Source of the DNA: Gemmatimonadota bacterium
GTDB taxonomy: Bacteria; Gemmatimonadota; Gemmatimonadetes; Gemmatimonadales; GWC2-71-9
Reading direction: 5' to 3'
Length of the DNA stretch: 50,823 nt
NCBI GenBank assembly: GCA_016794805.1
Contig: JAEUJI010000323.1
Location: 1 to 50,823 of the forward strand
The number at the start of each line of letters is the position of its first letter. Position 1 is the stretch's first letter. Shown here in pieces: positions 1 to 11,188 of the stretch. A program made the position numbers and the translations under genes. Under the pieces are notes generated by a model. That model saw only the letters and a program-made list of their open reading frames with translations, was not told where the DNA came from and did not search any database.

Positions 1-349
1 TGAAGGTGTCGAGAAAGATCGTCACCCGGTCATCGGTATCGAGGTTGTCCCGGTCCGCGACGGTGGCGCGGACCCCCGTGGGCACCCGGTCCCGGGCGAT
101 GATGCCGAAGTAGATCGCGGTCGGCGCGTACCAGACCAGGACCTCGGTGGCCTCCTCGGCGGGGCGCCCGTCCACCGGCTGATACTGGTGGAAATCGGTG
201 AGCCGGGCGGCTTCCCGCCAGACGGGCTCGTCGAGCCGCCCATCGACGAGGACCGCGGTGTCGCGGCGCGGGATGGAGACGGTGTGCGCAGACGCGATCG
301 TGTCCTGCGGCGCGGCGGCGAGCGCCGCGAGCAGTGTGAGGGTCAGCAT
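1..349 (-). CDS. CBM9-like/DUF5916-type secreted protein, N-terminal part (runs off window start)
   Basis: Not in the ORF track; translated by hand from ATG at 349: MLTLTLLAALAAAPQDTIASAHTVSIPRRDTAVLVDGRLDEPVWREAARLTDFHQYQPVDGRPAEEATEVLVWYAPTAIYFGIIARD...DDRVTIFLDTF. Signal peptide plus VDGxLDExxW and DxVxIFLDTF motifs typical of CBM9/DUF5916 proteins. Confidence 0.8.
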   Translation of the reverse strand, partial: MLTLTLLAALAAAPQDTIASAHTVSIPRRDTAVLVDGRLDEPVWREAARLTDFHQYQPVDGRPAEEATEVLVWYAPTAIYFGIIARDRVPTGVRATVADRDNLDTDDRVTIFLDTF

Positions 350-399
350 GCCGTCGACATCCGGGCGTCAGGGACGGGGGCGCGCACCGGCGTGCGCGC

Positions 400-1614
400 C
401 TATTCGTACCGCAGGGCGATGATCGGGTCGAGCCGGGCGGCGCGGCTGGCGGGCCAGATGCCGAAGACCAGGCCGATGGCCGCGCTGGTCCCGAAGGCCA
501 TGCCGATGCTCTCGGCCGAGATCAGCGTGTTCCAGCCGTTGTTGGTGGCGAGGGTGTCGGTCACCCACCACCCCAGGCCGATGCCGAGCAGGCCGCCCGC
601 CAGGCACAGCACCAGCGCCTCGATCAGGAACTGGAACATGATGTTGAACTTGGTGGCGCCCAGCGCCTTCCGGATCCCGATCTCCCGGGTCCGCTCGGTC
701 ACCGACACCAGCATGATGTTCATGATGCCGATCCCGCCCACGACCAGGCTCACCGCCGCAATGCTCGCCAGCAGCGTGGTGAAGATCTGCGAGGTCGCTT
801 CCTGGGTGGCGAGGATTTCCTGGGAGCCGCGGATCGTGAAGTCGTTTTCCATCCCCGGCCGGATCTTGTGCTCCCGGCGCATCACCCGCTCGATGTCCAC
901 CATCCCCAGCTCGATCGGCACACTGTCCTTGACCTCGACACTGATGGCGCGCAGCCGGTCGTTGCCGAACACCCGGTACTGCGCCGTGTTGAGCGGGATG
1001 AAGATGATCTCGTCCGGGTTCTGCCACGAGTTGCTGGCGCCCTTGGGCTGCAGCACCCCGATGATCTCGAAGGAAATGCCCCGGATGGCGATGGTCTGCC
1101 CGATCAGGGCCTGCGCGTTGGCGTTGAGCATCGTGGGGATCTCGGCCCCCAGCACGGCGAAGCGCTCCCGCGCCTTGTCCTCGCCGTCGGTGAACACCCG
1201 GCCGTGCGCCAGCTTGTACCGCTTCACCGACATGAAGTTGGAGGTCACGCCGGAAATGGAGGTATTGATGTTGGTGCCGATGTACTTGGCCTGCAGACTG
1301 TTGGTCAGCTCCGGCACCACGTCCTTGAGCTGGGTCGCGTCCCGGCGGAGGGCGTTGGCGTCGTCGCTGGTGAGGCTCACCCGGTTGGCGCTGGCGACCC
1401 CGCCCATGCGGCCCCAGTTGGGGTAGATCTGCAGCACGTTGGGCCCGATGGACTCGATCTGCTCCTCGACCGCCTTCTGCGCCCCGGCGCCGATCCCCAC
1501 CATCGTGATCACTGCCGCCACGCCGATGATGATGCCCAGCGCCGTGAGGATCGAGCGCAGGGCGTTGACCCGGACCGACTGCAGGGCCACGCGGAAGATC
1601 TCGAGGATGTTCAT
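400..1614 (-). CDS. MacB/FtsX-family ABC transporter permease
   Basis: LRSILTALGIIIGVAAV, VGGIGIMNIMLVSVTERTREIGIRKALGA, PASRAARLDPIIALRYE. Confidence 0.95.
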   Translation of the reverse strand: MNILEIFRVALQSVRVNALRSILTALGIIIGVAAVITMVGIGAGAQKAVEEQIESIGPNVLQIYPNWGRMGGVASANRVSLTSDDANALRRDATQLKDVVPELTNSLQAKYIGTNINTSISGVTSNFMSVKRYKLAHGRVFTDGEDKARERFAVLGAEIPTMLNANAQALIGQTIAIRGISFEIIGVLQPKGASNSWQNPDEIIFIPLNTAQYRVFGNDRLRAISVEVKDSVPIELGMVDIERVMRREHKIRPGMENDFTIRGSQEILATQEATSQIFTTLLASIAAVSLVVGGIGIMNIMLVSVTERTREIGIRKALGATKFNIMFQFLIEALVLCLAGGLLGIGLGWWVTDTLATNNGWNTLISAESIGMAFGTSAAIGLVFGIWPASRAARLDPIIALRYE

Positions 1615-1616
1615 GG

Positions 1617-3104
1617 TCAGGGCCTCGTGGTGCCGGTGGTCGGCGCCTTGCTGCCGGAGGTGGTGGTCGGGCTGGAGAGTCCGGGAATGCCTCCGCCGCC
1701 GGTCATGCGCTGCATCCGCTCGTTGAATTCCTTCTGCGATTCGATCAGCCCGGCGCTGGGGAGGATCAGCACCGAGTCGGTCTCCGCCAGGCCGGTGGTC
1801 ACCTCGCTGTAGTCCAGGTCCGTGAGCCCGGTGCTGATGTTGGTCGCCACCGGCTTGCCGCCCCGCTGCACGAACACGATGTACTTCCCGCCAAAGCGGG
1901 AGTCCGTCTGCGGCCGGCGCCCGCCCCCGGCGCTCATCCCGGCGAACACCTTCCGGAGCATCGCCTTCTCCGCCGCGGTGGGCTCCTCCCCCGACATCCG
2001 CTTCTTCATGGCGTCGCGGACCTGCTCCTCGGTGACCCCCTCCGGCAGGGCCACCGTCTGCCCGGTGGGGAGCGTCATAGTGGCGCCGGCCGGCTTGGCC
2101 CCGGCAGTCGAGGTGCGCATGGCGCCGCTCTCGCCGCCGCTGGCCTGGGCCAGCTGCGTCTGGACCTCGGCCGGGGTCAGCCCCAGCACCTCGGCGGCGC
2201 TGGTGACGTCCCGCTGGGTCCGGAGCGCCGCGACCGGCACCGCCAGCACCCCGTCCCGCCGGCCCACGTGAATCTGCACCTCGGCGTTCATCCCCGGCTT
2301 GAGCAGCCCTTCCCGGTTCTGGATCCGTACCATGACCGGAAACATGGTCACGTTCTGCTGGGTGACGGCCAGGGGCTCGATCTTGAGTACCGTGCCCTCG
2401 AAGGGGCGGTTGGGATAGGCGTCCACGGTGATCGTGGCCCGGAGCCCGCGCTCGATCTTCCCGATGTCGGTCTCGTCCACCAGGGTCCGCACCTGCACCA
2501 GGTTGAGGTCCGCCATGCGCAGCAGCACGGTGCCGCCGCCCACGTCGCTGGTGGGGGAGGAGATCACCTGGCCCCGCTCCACGCTCTTCTCGATGATCGT
2601 CCCGCCGATCGGCGCGCGCACGTCGGTGTCCTCCAGCCGGATCCGGGCGTTCTCCAGCGCCACCTCGGCCCGCACCACCTCCGAGCGGGCGTTGGCGAAG
2701 TCGAGCACCGCCTGCTCGTGCTCCTGCTCGGTGAGCGCCTTCGACTCGAACAGCGCGTCGGACCGGTTCTTCTGCGCGGTGGCGTTCGCCAGCTTGGCCT
2801 TGGCCACGTCGAGGTCCGCCTCCGCCTGCGCGAAGCTGTTCTTGGCGGTGCGCGGGTCCACCTGGATCAGGAGGTCGCCGCGGGCGACGGTGCTGCCGGT
2901 CTCGACGTTCAGCTTGAGGATTTCCCCCGAGGCCTTGGACTTGACCTCGACCGTGGTGTCGGGCTGGATGGTCCCGTTGGCGCGGGCCGAGACCACGATG
3001 TCCCGCCGCTCCACCGCCACCGCCTGGTAGACCGGCAGGGGCGGGGCCTCGGGCTTGCTGCAGGCGGCGAGGGCGAGCACGGCGAGTACGATGGGGTGGC
3101 GCAT
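1617..3104 (-). CDS. Efflux periplasmic adaptor (MacA/HlyD-like membrane fusion lipoprotein)
   Basis: Start reassigned to MRHPIVLAVLALAAC (lipobox); VRAPIGGTI, VDETDIG, LKPGMNAEV motifs. Confidence 0.9.
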   Translation of the reverse strand: MRHPIVLAVLALAACSKPEAPPLPVYQAVAVERRDIVVSARANGTIQPDTTVEVKSKASGEILKLNVETGSTVARGDLLIQVDPRTAKNSFAQAEADLDVAKAKLANATAQKNRSDALFESKALTEQEHEQAVLDFANARSEVVRAEVALENARIRLEDTDVRAPIGGTIIEKSVERGQVISSPTSDVGGGTVLLRMADLNLVQVRTLVDETDIGKIERGLRATITVDAYPNRPFEGTVLKIEPLAVTQQNVTMFPVMVRIQNREGLLKPGMNAEVQIHVGRRDGVLAVPVAALRTQRDVTSAAEVLGLTPAEVQTQLAQASGGESGAMRTSTAGAKPAGATMTLPTGQTVALPEGVTEEQVRDAMKKRMSGEEPTAAEKAMLRKVFAGMSAGGGRRPQTDSRFGGKYIVFVQRGGKPVATNISTGLTDLDYSEVTTGLAETDSVLILPSAGLIESQKEFNERMQRMTGGGGIPGLSSPTTTSGSKAPTTGTTRP

Positions 3105-3111
3105 AACGGCG

Positions 3112-3864
3112 TCAGTTCCTGGGCGTCTGGAAGTCCTGCGCGACCTTGCCGTCGTGCAGGTGAATCTGCCGCTCGGCATGCGCGGCGATGTCGTGTTCGT
3201 GGGTGACCAGCACGATGGTCTGGTCCTGGGTGTGCAGCTCCTCGAACAGCGCCATGATCTCCTGGCTGGTCGTGGAGTCGAGGTTGCCGGTGGGCTCGTC
3301 CGCCAGCAGGATGCTGGGCCGGTTCACCAGCGCCCGGGCGATGGCCACCCGCTGCCGCTGGCCGCCGGAGAGTTCATTGGGCCGGTGGTGCACCCGCTCC
3401 GCCAGGCCCACGCGCCGGAGCGCTTCCAGGGCGCGCTCCCGGCGCTCCCGGGTGGAGACGCCGGCGTACACCAGCGGCAGCTCCACGTTGTGCAGCGCGT
3501 CGGCCCGGGGCAGGAGGTTGAAGGTCTGGAAGACGAACCCGATCTCCTTGTTCCGGATCCGGGCCAGCGCGTCGTCCCCGAGTTCCGAGACCCGGTAGCC
3601 GTTGAGCCAGTACTCGCCCTCGCTCGGCGTGTCCAGGCACCCGATCAGGTTCATCAGGGTGGACTTGCCGGAGCCGGAGGGCCCCATCACGGCGACGTAC
3701 TCGTTGCGCCGGATCGTGACATCCACCCCCCGGAGGGCGCGCACGATCTCGCCTCCCATGTCGTACTGCCGGGCGAGGTTCCGGGTGACGATGATCGCGT
3801 CCCGCGGCACGTCCCCGGGAAGCTGCGCCATCCGTTCCGCGGTATCGCCGAGTGCAGTGCTCAT
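3112..3864 (-). CDS. ABC transporter ATP-binding protein (LolD/MacB-like)
   Basis: Walker [18 protein letters not shown] signature, Walker [14 protein letters not shown]-loop VTHE. Confidence 0.95.
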   Translation of the reverse strand: MSTALGDTAERMAQLPGDVPRDAIIVTRNLARQYDMGGEIVRALRGVDVTIRRNEYVAVMGPSGSGKSTLMNLIGCLDTPSEGEYWLNGYRVSELGDDALARIRNKEIGFVFQTFNLLPRADALHNVELPLVYAGVSTRERRERALEALRRVGLAERVHHRPNELSGGQRQRVAIARALVNRPSILLADEPTGNLDSTTSQEIMALFEELHTQDQTIVLVTHEHDIAAHAERQIHLHDGKVAQDFQTPRN

Positions 3865-5162
3865 AGCCGCCGTCCGATGAGGGCCCCGATCTGGGCGCGG
3901 GCCTTGAGGTAGTCAAACCGCGCGGTCACCACATCCACTTCCGCCTGCGCCAGCGCTTCCTGCGAATTCAGCACGTCCAGGATCGTCGCCGCCCCCACCC
4001 GGTACCGCTCGCTCACCACCCGGAGGTCCTCGGTGGCGGCGTCCAGGCTGGCGCGGGTAATCTCGATCCGTACCGCCGCCGCCTCGAGGGCCGCGTACTG
4101 CGTGGTCAGGGAGGAGAGCACCTCACGCCGGGCATCCTGCGCATTCGCCTCCGCCACGTCCAGGGAGGAGAGCCGGGTGGCGATGGTCTGCTCCCGCTGG
4201 AACCGGTTGAAGATGGGCCAGGAGAGCCCCAGCTGCAGCTGCCGGCTGGCGAAGAACTGGTAGTCGTCGGTGCTGTTGGCGTTCCAGTTGGCCGAGCCGG
4301 ACAGCGCCAGCGTCGGCAGGTACTGCGACCGGGCCGACTTCACCGAGGCGTCCGCCGCGCGGGCGTTCGCCTCCGCCGCCTGCACCTGGGGCGAGCGGGC
4401 CAGCGCCTCCTGATTGAGTTCCAGGGTGTCGAGCCGCGCGGTCGGGTTGTAGAAGGTCGAGTCATCCTCCGCGGCGACCCGCCCGTCGAGCCCGAGGGTG
4501 CGGGCCAGCGCCGCCTGGGTGCGCGCCACGTCGCTGCCGGCGGACACCAGCGCCAGCCGGGCGTTGCCCAGGTTCACGATGGACCGCAGCGAATCCGACC
4601 GCGTCGCCGAGCCGACCCGCAGCTTGGCGTTGGACAGGTTGAGCTGCTCCTCCGCCCGCCGTACCCCCGCCTCCCGCACCCGGACCAGCTGCTGGGCCGC
4701 CAGCGCGTCGAAGAACTGCTGGGTCGCGGTCAGCCCCGCCTGGAACTCGGCGTCGGTCAGCCCCGCCTCGGCGGCATCCTGCGTGGCGCGGGCCGCCTTG
4801 CCATCCGCGCCGCGCCGGAACCCGGTGAAGAGGTCCACGCTGCTCGAGACACCGAAGCCCACGTTGTTGGTGCTCTGGCTCTCCAACTGGCCGGAGGCGC
4901 CCACGCCCTGCGTCTCGCGGTAGCTCCGCGTGCCGCTCGAGGAGGCGGTCAGGTTCGGCAGCCACGCGCCCTTGGCCGAGCGCACCTGGGCATCGGCGTT
5001 CCGCAGGGAGCCCCGCGCCTGCACCACGGCGGGCTGGGCCACCTGGGCCATACGGATGGCGTTCTCCAGGGTGACGGACGGAATCTGGGCCGCGCCGGGT
5101 GCGGCGCTCAGCAGGAGGAGGAACGGCGCCCACCAGCGCGCATACCGCGGGAACAGGTTCAT
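3861..5162 (-). CDS. TolC-family outer membrane efflux protein
   Basis: Signal peptide; two OEP repeats (AWLPNL, QYLPTL); [14 protein letters not shown]; ATGA overlaps with both neighbours. Confidence 0.92.
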   Translation of the reverse strand: MNLFPRYARWWAPFLLLLSAAPGAAQIPSVTLENAIRMAQVAQPAVVQARGSLRNADAQVRSAKGAWLPNLTASSSGTRSYRETQGVGASGQLESQSTNNVGFGVSSSVDLFTGFRRGADGKAARATQDAAEAGLTDAEFQAGLTATQQFFDALAAQQLVRVREAGVRRAEEQLNLSNAKLRVGSATRSDSLRSIVNLGNARLALVSAGSDVARTQAALARTLGLDGRVAAEDDSTFYNPTARLDTLELNQEALARSPQVQAAEANARAADASVKSARSQYLPTLALSGSANWNANSTDDYQFFASRQLQLGLSWPIFNRFQREQTIATRLSSLDVAEANAQDARREVLSSLTTQYAALEAAAVRIEITRASLDAATEDLRVVSERYRVGAATILDVLNSQEALAQAEVDVVTARFDYLKARAQIGALIGRRL

Positions 5163-5557
5163 GGGGTGACGGAGTCTCGCTGGTTCTTGTCCTGCCGCTC
5201 CCGGTCGAGCCGGGCGGTGACGGCCTGATACCGCTGTTGCTGCTCGGGGGTGAGCAGGCGCCGGACATCGGCGCGGATGGTGTCCCGCATGGCATCCATG
5301 CGCGGACCGAGCTCGGCGTACATCGCGTCGATCTTCTGCCGGTGCCGGGAGAGCACCCCACGCAGGCTGTCCTCCTGCACCTCGGTCAGGTCCAGTTCGT
5401 CCTCCAGCAGCTCGACGTACCAGTCGCTCCCGTGGTGACTATGGGAGCCGGGCCGCTCGTGGCTGTGGAGCCGGGCGGTGAGGATGCTCCCCGCCGCCGC
5501 GCCAGCCAGAGCGGCGAGGAGCAGCATTCCCGCGGCCTTCCAGGTGTCCGGGCGCAT
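5159..5557 (-). CDS. Small membrane-anchored periplasmic LTxxQ protein (Spy/CpxP/CnrX-like), His-rich
   Basis: N-terminal hydrophobic helix, HSHERPGSHSHHG, two LTxxQ motifs (LTEVQ, LTPEQ), helical body. Confidence 0.7.
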   Translation of the reverse strand: MRPDTWKAAGMLLLAALAGAAAGSILTARLHSHERPGSHSHHGSDWYVELLEDELDLTEVQEDSLRGVLSRHRQKIDAMYAELGPRMDAMRDTIRADVRRLLTPEQQQRYQAVTARLDRERQDKNQRDSVTP

Positions 5558-5560
5558 CCG

Positions 5561-5890
5561 TCAGCGGCCCCCGCCGAGCGCGAAGCCCATGAGGGCCTCC
5601 CCATCCAGGGGGGTGTCCGTGGCCAGTACCTCCGCCGCCGGGTCGGCGCCGCCCTGCGGTTCCCGGCCCAGCGCCAGCCAGAAGCCGAGGGCCGCGCCCA
5701 GCACCAGGGCGGCGGCGATGCCCGGCCGCGCCCAGCCGGCGAGGACATGCCACAGCGAGTCCCGCTCCGGGAGCCGGGCGAGGACCGACGCGGTGAAACC
5801 GGTGGCGTCACCGGCGTCCAGCAGCGCCCGGAGCTCGCGCCCGAGCGCCGGGTCGCGGGACAGGTCGAATGGTTCCTCGTGCATGCTCAC
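5561..5890 (-). CDS. Putative single-pass anti-sigma factor
   Basis: 109 aa, one TM helix (GIAAALVLGAALGFWLAL), GTGA overlap with the ECF sigma stop. Confidence 0.65.
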   Translation of the reverse strand: MSMHEEPFDLSRDPALGRELRALLDAGDATGFTASVLARLPERDSLWHVLAGWARPGIAAALVLGAALGFWLALGREPQGGADPAAEVLATDTPLDGEALMGFALGGGR

Positions 5891-6438
5891 CCCTCCTTCA
5901 GTGGCCGCAGCAACTCCCGCAGCTTCCGCTTCGCGTGGAACAGTTCGGACCGGACGGTGCCTTCCGGCACGCCCAGCAGCTGGCCGATCTCGCTGTGGGC
6001 ATACCCCTCGACTTCAAACAGGACCAGCACGACCCGCTGCCGCTCCGGCAGCGTCGCGAGCGCGGCATCCAGCCGCTCCCCCGTCACGCGCCGGTCCGCC
6101 ACCTGGTCCGGCGGCGGTCCGGCGTCCGCCCGGTCGAACGGCACCGGCTCGGTGGTCCGGACCCGGCGCCGCCGGGCGAGGTCCCGGGCCGCGTTGACCG
6201 CGATCCTGGCCAGCCACGGTCCGAGCGCCTGCGACGGCTGGAATCGGTCCAGCGCGTTCCAGGCTGAGAGAAACGCCTCCTGGGCGGCATCGTCGGCGTC
6301 TGCCGCGTGGCGCAGGACTGCCCGGGTCAATCGCCGGACCATGGGGGCGTGTGCCTCCACGAGAGACCCGAATGCGTTCCGGTCTCCCTGCAGCGCCTTG
6401 GTTACCAGTTGGGCTTCGGACTCAGCGGAGATACGCAC
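5887..6438 (-). CDS. ECF RNA polymerase sigma factor
   Basis: Region 2 DADDAAQEAFLSAW...WLARIAVNAARD; region 4 LPERQRVVLVLFEVEGYAHSEIG...GTVRSELFHAKRKL. GTG start at 6438 with GAGGA upstream. Confidence 0.92.
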   Translation of the reverse strand: MRISAESEAQLVTKALQGDRNAFGSLVEAHAPMVRRLTRAVLRHAADADDAAQEAFLSAWNALDRFQPSQALGPWLARIAVNAARDLARRRRVRTTEPVPFDRADAGPPPDQVADRRVTGERLDAALATLPERQRVVLVLFEVEGYAHSEIGQLLGVPEGTVRSELFHAKRKLRELLRPLKEG

Positions 6439-6480
6439 CGTCCTCGGAAATCGTTGACCGCCGCCCCCGTTCGCGGGGGA

Positions 6481-6486
6481 ATTGTA
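6481..6486 (-). promoter_or_regulatory. sigma70-type -10 element (TACAAT) upstream of the ECF-efflux operon
   Basis: Minus-strand TACAAT about 42 nt upstream of the GTG start; no clear -35. Confidence 0.45.
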
Positions 6487-6723
6487 CCGCCCCGCGACAG
6501 GGCGGAGCGAATCAGTCCGGTGCCCGGAGCAAGTCGGCAGCCCGGCACCGAGCCTGAAGTTGTTGCGAGGCATGAGAATACGCGAGATCAACCGGCCGCT
6601 CCGGGGGTCGCGCAGGGCTTGCTACTGGGGTGGTCCGAAGCCCCGACTACGACCGGCGCCCCGTACGGCGAGGCGGGCCAGGAGTTACTCCGGATTCACC
6701 CAGGGCCTCAGGGAGTGGAGCCC

Positions 6724-7926
6724 ATGCGCATCGCCTATGTGAGTGCCGACCCGGGGGTGCCGGTGTTCGGCCGGCAGGGGGCGTCGGCACACGCCCAGTT
6801 CATGCTGCGCGCCCTCCGGGCCTTGGGGCACATGGTGGAGCTCTTTACCCCCAGGCTCGGAGGCGAGCCGCCCCGGGGCCTCGCGGACATTCCGCTGCAT
6901 CCGGTGCCAATCGCCCGCCGGTCCCGGCGCCGACCGCCAGCCTGGACCGCACTCGAGGTGAACCACCACCTCCGTACCGCGCTCGAAGCCACGGGTCCCT
7001 TTGACCTGGTCTACGAGCGGTACTCCCTCTGGAGCTATGCGGCGATGGACTGGGCCAGCCGGACCGGTGTCCGCTCCGTGCTGGAGGTGAACGGGTTCCT
7101 GGCGGAAGCTGCGCCCAGGCTCCCGGGCCTGCCCGCCCGGCACACCGCGGAGCGGGTGGCGCGGCGGGCCGTGGGGATGGCGGGGACGGTCGTGGCGGTC
7201 TCACGCGGCATCGCGACCGAACTTGCCGACTTCGGAGCGCCGGCGGGCCGGCTCCACCTGGTCCCGAATGCCGTGGATCCGGATCGCTTCCCCGAGGGGC
7301 TGGCGCCGGCGTGGTCGGCGCCGCCCGGCAGCTTCACGGTGGGGTATCTCGGCGCGCTGCGGGAAAGTCATGGCGTGGCGGCACTGCTCCGTGCGGTGGC
7401 GATCCTCCACCGCTTCCACGCCGACTGTCAGCTGCTGCTCGTGGGGGACGGCCCGGAGCGGGAGCGGCTGGAAGACCTGACCGCCACGCTCGGCCTCGTG
7501 GACCAGGTGCACTTCGCGGGGGCGGTGGCCCCGGATGAGGTGCCCGTCTGGCTCGCCGGCATGGACGTGGCCGTGGCGCCGCATCACGGGGTGCCCGACG
7601 CACCGATTGCTCCCCTCGCGGCCGCGGAGTGCATGGCGGCGGGGTTGCCCCTGATTGCCAGCGCGGTGGGAGAGCTCAGGGACCTGGTGCAGCACGAGAT
7701 CACGGGCTTCAAGGTGCCGCCGGGGGATGCCATGGCGCTGGCGAGCGCCGTGGCCCGGCTGCGTCAGGACTACGCGCTGCGCCGACGCCTGGGCAGCAAC
7801 GGTCGCGCGGCGGTGCTTCGGGGCCCTACCTGGGCCGACACCGCCCGCCGGATCGTTAGTCTGGCCGCCCCGGGGCCACGGCCCGGTGTGCACCTTCCCG
7901 AGCCGTCGGGCTGGTCGCCGTGCTGA
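6724..7926 (+). CDS. Glycosyltransferase family 4 (GT-B)
   Basis: MRIAYVSADPGVPVFGRQGAS, YERYSLWS, LLVGDGPER, ECMAAGLPLIAS; GGAG RBS upstream of ATG 6724. Confidence 0.9.
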   Translation: MRIAYVSADPGVPVFGRQGASAHAQFMLRALRALGHMVELFTPRLGGEPPRGLADIPLHPVPIARRSRRRPPAWTALEVNHHLRTALEATGPFDLVYERYSLWSYAAMDWASRTGVRSVLEVNGFLAEAAPRLPGLPARHTAERVARRAVGMAGTVVAVSRGIATELADFGAPAGRLHLVPNAVDPDRFPEGLAPAWSAPPGSFTVGYLGALRESHGVAALLRAVAILHRFHADCQLLLVGDGPERERLEDLTATLGLVDQVHFAGAVAPDEVPVWLAGMDVAVAPHHGVPDAPIAPLAAAECMAAGLPLIASAVGELRDLVQHEITGFKVPPGDAMALASAVARLRQDYALRRRLGSNGRAAVLRGPTWADTARRIVSLAAPGPRPGVHLPEPSGWSPC

Positions 7927-8156
7927 GCTCATGGGGCCCCGGGCTGGTCATCAGCACCCAGGCACCGGCCTTGTATCGAATCGCTACGGGTGCCACGAAT
8001 CGTGGCTCTCCGTTCGGGCAACCGGGTGAGCGTCTAATTGACAAGTCGATTGTTTCCAGCGACTTAGACAGCAGGAACGAGGTGGATCGGAGCGGTGCAG
8101 ATCATGCCAACCGTAGGGGTGACCGTCCAAGTGTCTCCTGTGGCCACCGAGGTACC

Positions 8157-9505
<1,349 letters not shown>

Positions 9506-9506
<1 letters not shown>

Positions 9507-10141
9507 TGCGGTTCCGGTTCCTGGGCCCCGCGGCCCTCGTGGCGATCCTGCTGGCCTGCGGCGCCTCCGATGGCGGAGAGAATGGCGGCGTCGGGCCCGG
9601 CCCGGACTCGACCGTCGGCGAGGACAGCCTGGCCTTCCTCCGTCCGGCCCCGACCGCGCCCGCCTTCGGCACCCGGACGGTGAGCTTCTGGGCCATCCGC
9701 GGCGAGCGCACCGAGGTGCGGCTGATGTACCAGCTCAAGCCGGGCCAGGTCGACTCGACCGAGTTCGTGCGCTTCCGCATTGATGACAGGACCCTGGTGA
9801 GCGACAGCGCCGGCAACCCGCTCGCCACCGGCGACTCGGTGCGGATCACCATGAGCGTGTCCGACACCCTCCGGCTGATCATCGAGTTCCAGCCGTCAGG
9901 GCTGGTGTTCAACCCCTCCAGGCCCGCCCGGCTCTGGATCAAGTTCGGCGAAGCGGATCACGACCTCAATGAGGACGGCGTCATTACCGCCGCGGATACC
10001 ACGCTGCTGCTGGGGCTGAGGATCTGGAAGCAGGAGCAGCTCGCGGAGCCCTGGTCGCTGCTGGCGAGCACGGTGGATACCGTGTCGCAGGAGGTGGAGG
10101 CGGATGTCGCCGGCTTCACCCGCTTCGCGGTGGCCTACTAG
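9506..10141 (+). CDS. Hypothetical lipoprotein, ZU5-like fold with EF-hand/dockerin-like loop
   Basis: TGATG coupling, GGAGG RBS, lipobox LLAC; EFQPSGLVF, DLNEDGVITAAD, C-terminus VAGFTRFAVAY. Confidence 0.7.
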
Positions 10142-10147
10142 GTCCCG

Positions 10148-11155
10148 ATGACCGCACCGATGCGTGATCCCTCCGCGGGCGCCTCGCCGCTCCAGGCGGC
10201 CCGCGCTGCGGCCGCCCGGGGCGGCTGGGGGGAGGTGCGCGCCCTCCTGGCGGGGCACCCGGCCGTCGGGGAGGACGCGGAGCACACGCTCCTGCTGGCC
10301 GAGGCGCAGCTCCGCACCGGCGACCTGGCCGAGGCGCGCGCGCTGCTTGCCCCGCTCGCGGCCCGGCTCGCCGCGGAGGGGAACAGCGCCTTCCGGCGGC
10401 GGGCGGTGAACATGCTGGGCGCCGCCGCCTTCGAGCTCGGCGAACTTGCCGAGGCCGAGACGCGGTTTCAGGACGCGCTGGCCCTGGCGAGCGCCGGGGA
10501 GGATCCGCTCACGGCGGGCCGGGCGACCAACAACCTGGGGATGATCGCGCACATCCGGGGTCGCTATGACGAGTCGCTGGCCCGCTACCAGCTGGCGGTG
10601 CCGGTGTACCAGCGGACCGGCTCGCTCACCGGCCTCGCGGAGACGCACCACAACATGGCGCTCGCCCTGCGCGAGCTGGCGCAGCTTGACGCGGCGGAGA
10701 AGCAGGAACGCCGGGCCATCGAGTTCGCCCGCGAGGCCGGCAACGGCCGCCTGCTCGCCATGGCGCACGTGGGGCGGGCGGAGCTGCTGCTCCGCCGGGG
10801 GAACGCCGTCGTGGCGGAGGCGGGCGCCCGGCTGGGCGCCGAGGAGTACGCGGCGATTCCCGACGCCGTGGGAGAGGCGGACGCCCTCCGCCTGGCCGGC
10901 GCCGCGCGGACTGCGCTCGGGAATCTCGCGGGGGCGCGACTGGCGCTCGACCGGGCGGTGGAGCTCGCCTCCGGGCATGGCAGCGCGCTGATTGAGGCGG
11001 AGGCCCGGGCGGCGCGGGCCCGGCTGGCGGCGGCGGAAGGGAACCTGGACGGGGTGCGCGCCGACGTGACCGCGGCGCTGGCGCTGTTCGACCGGCTCGG
11101 CGCGGTGGACGATCGCGCGGCGCTCGAACGCTGGCTGCGGGACGTCGGGGGCTGA
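10148..11155 (+). CDS. Tetratricopeptide-repeat protein
   Basis: Repeated TPR-type helices (ATNNLGMIAHIRGRYDESLARYQLA; AETHHNMALALRELAQLDAAEKQERRA); no signal peptide. Confidence 0.85.
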   Translation: MTAPMRDPSAGASPLQAARAAAARGGWGEVRALLAGHPAVGEDAEHTLLLAEAQLRTGDLAEARALLAPLAARLAAEGNSAFRRRAVNMLGAAAFELGELAEAETRFQDALALASAGEDPLTAGRATNNLGMIAHIRGRYDESLARYQLAVPVYQRTGSLTGLAETHHNMALALRELAQLDAAEKQERRAIEFAREAGNGRLLAMAHVGRAELLLRRGNAVVAEAGARLGAEEYAAIPDAVGEADALRLAGAARTALGNLAGARLALDRAVELASGHGSALIEAEARAARARLAAAEGNLDGVRADVTAALALFDRLGAVDDRAALERWLRDVGG

Positions 11156-11188
11156 TCGCCGGGCGGCACCGCGCCGGCGGCCGGCGGC

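Noticed and set aside
6608-6623. TCGCGC-AGGGC-TTGCT sigma54-like site upstream of GT4
   Set aside because: The invariant -24 GG is CG.
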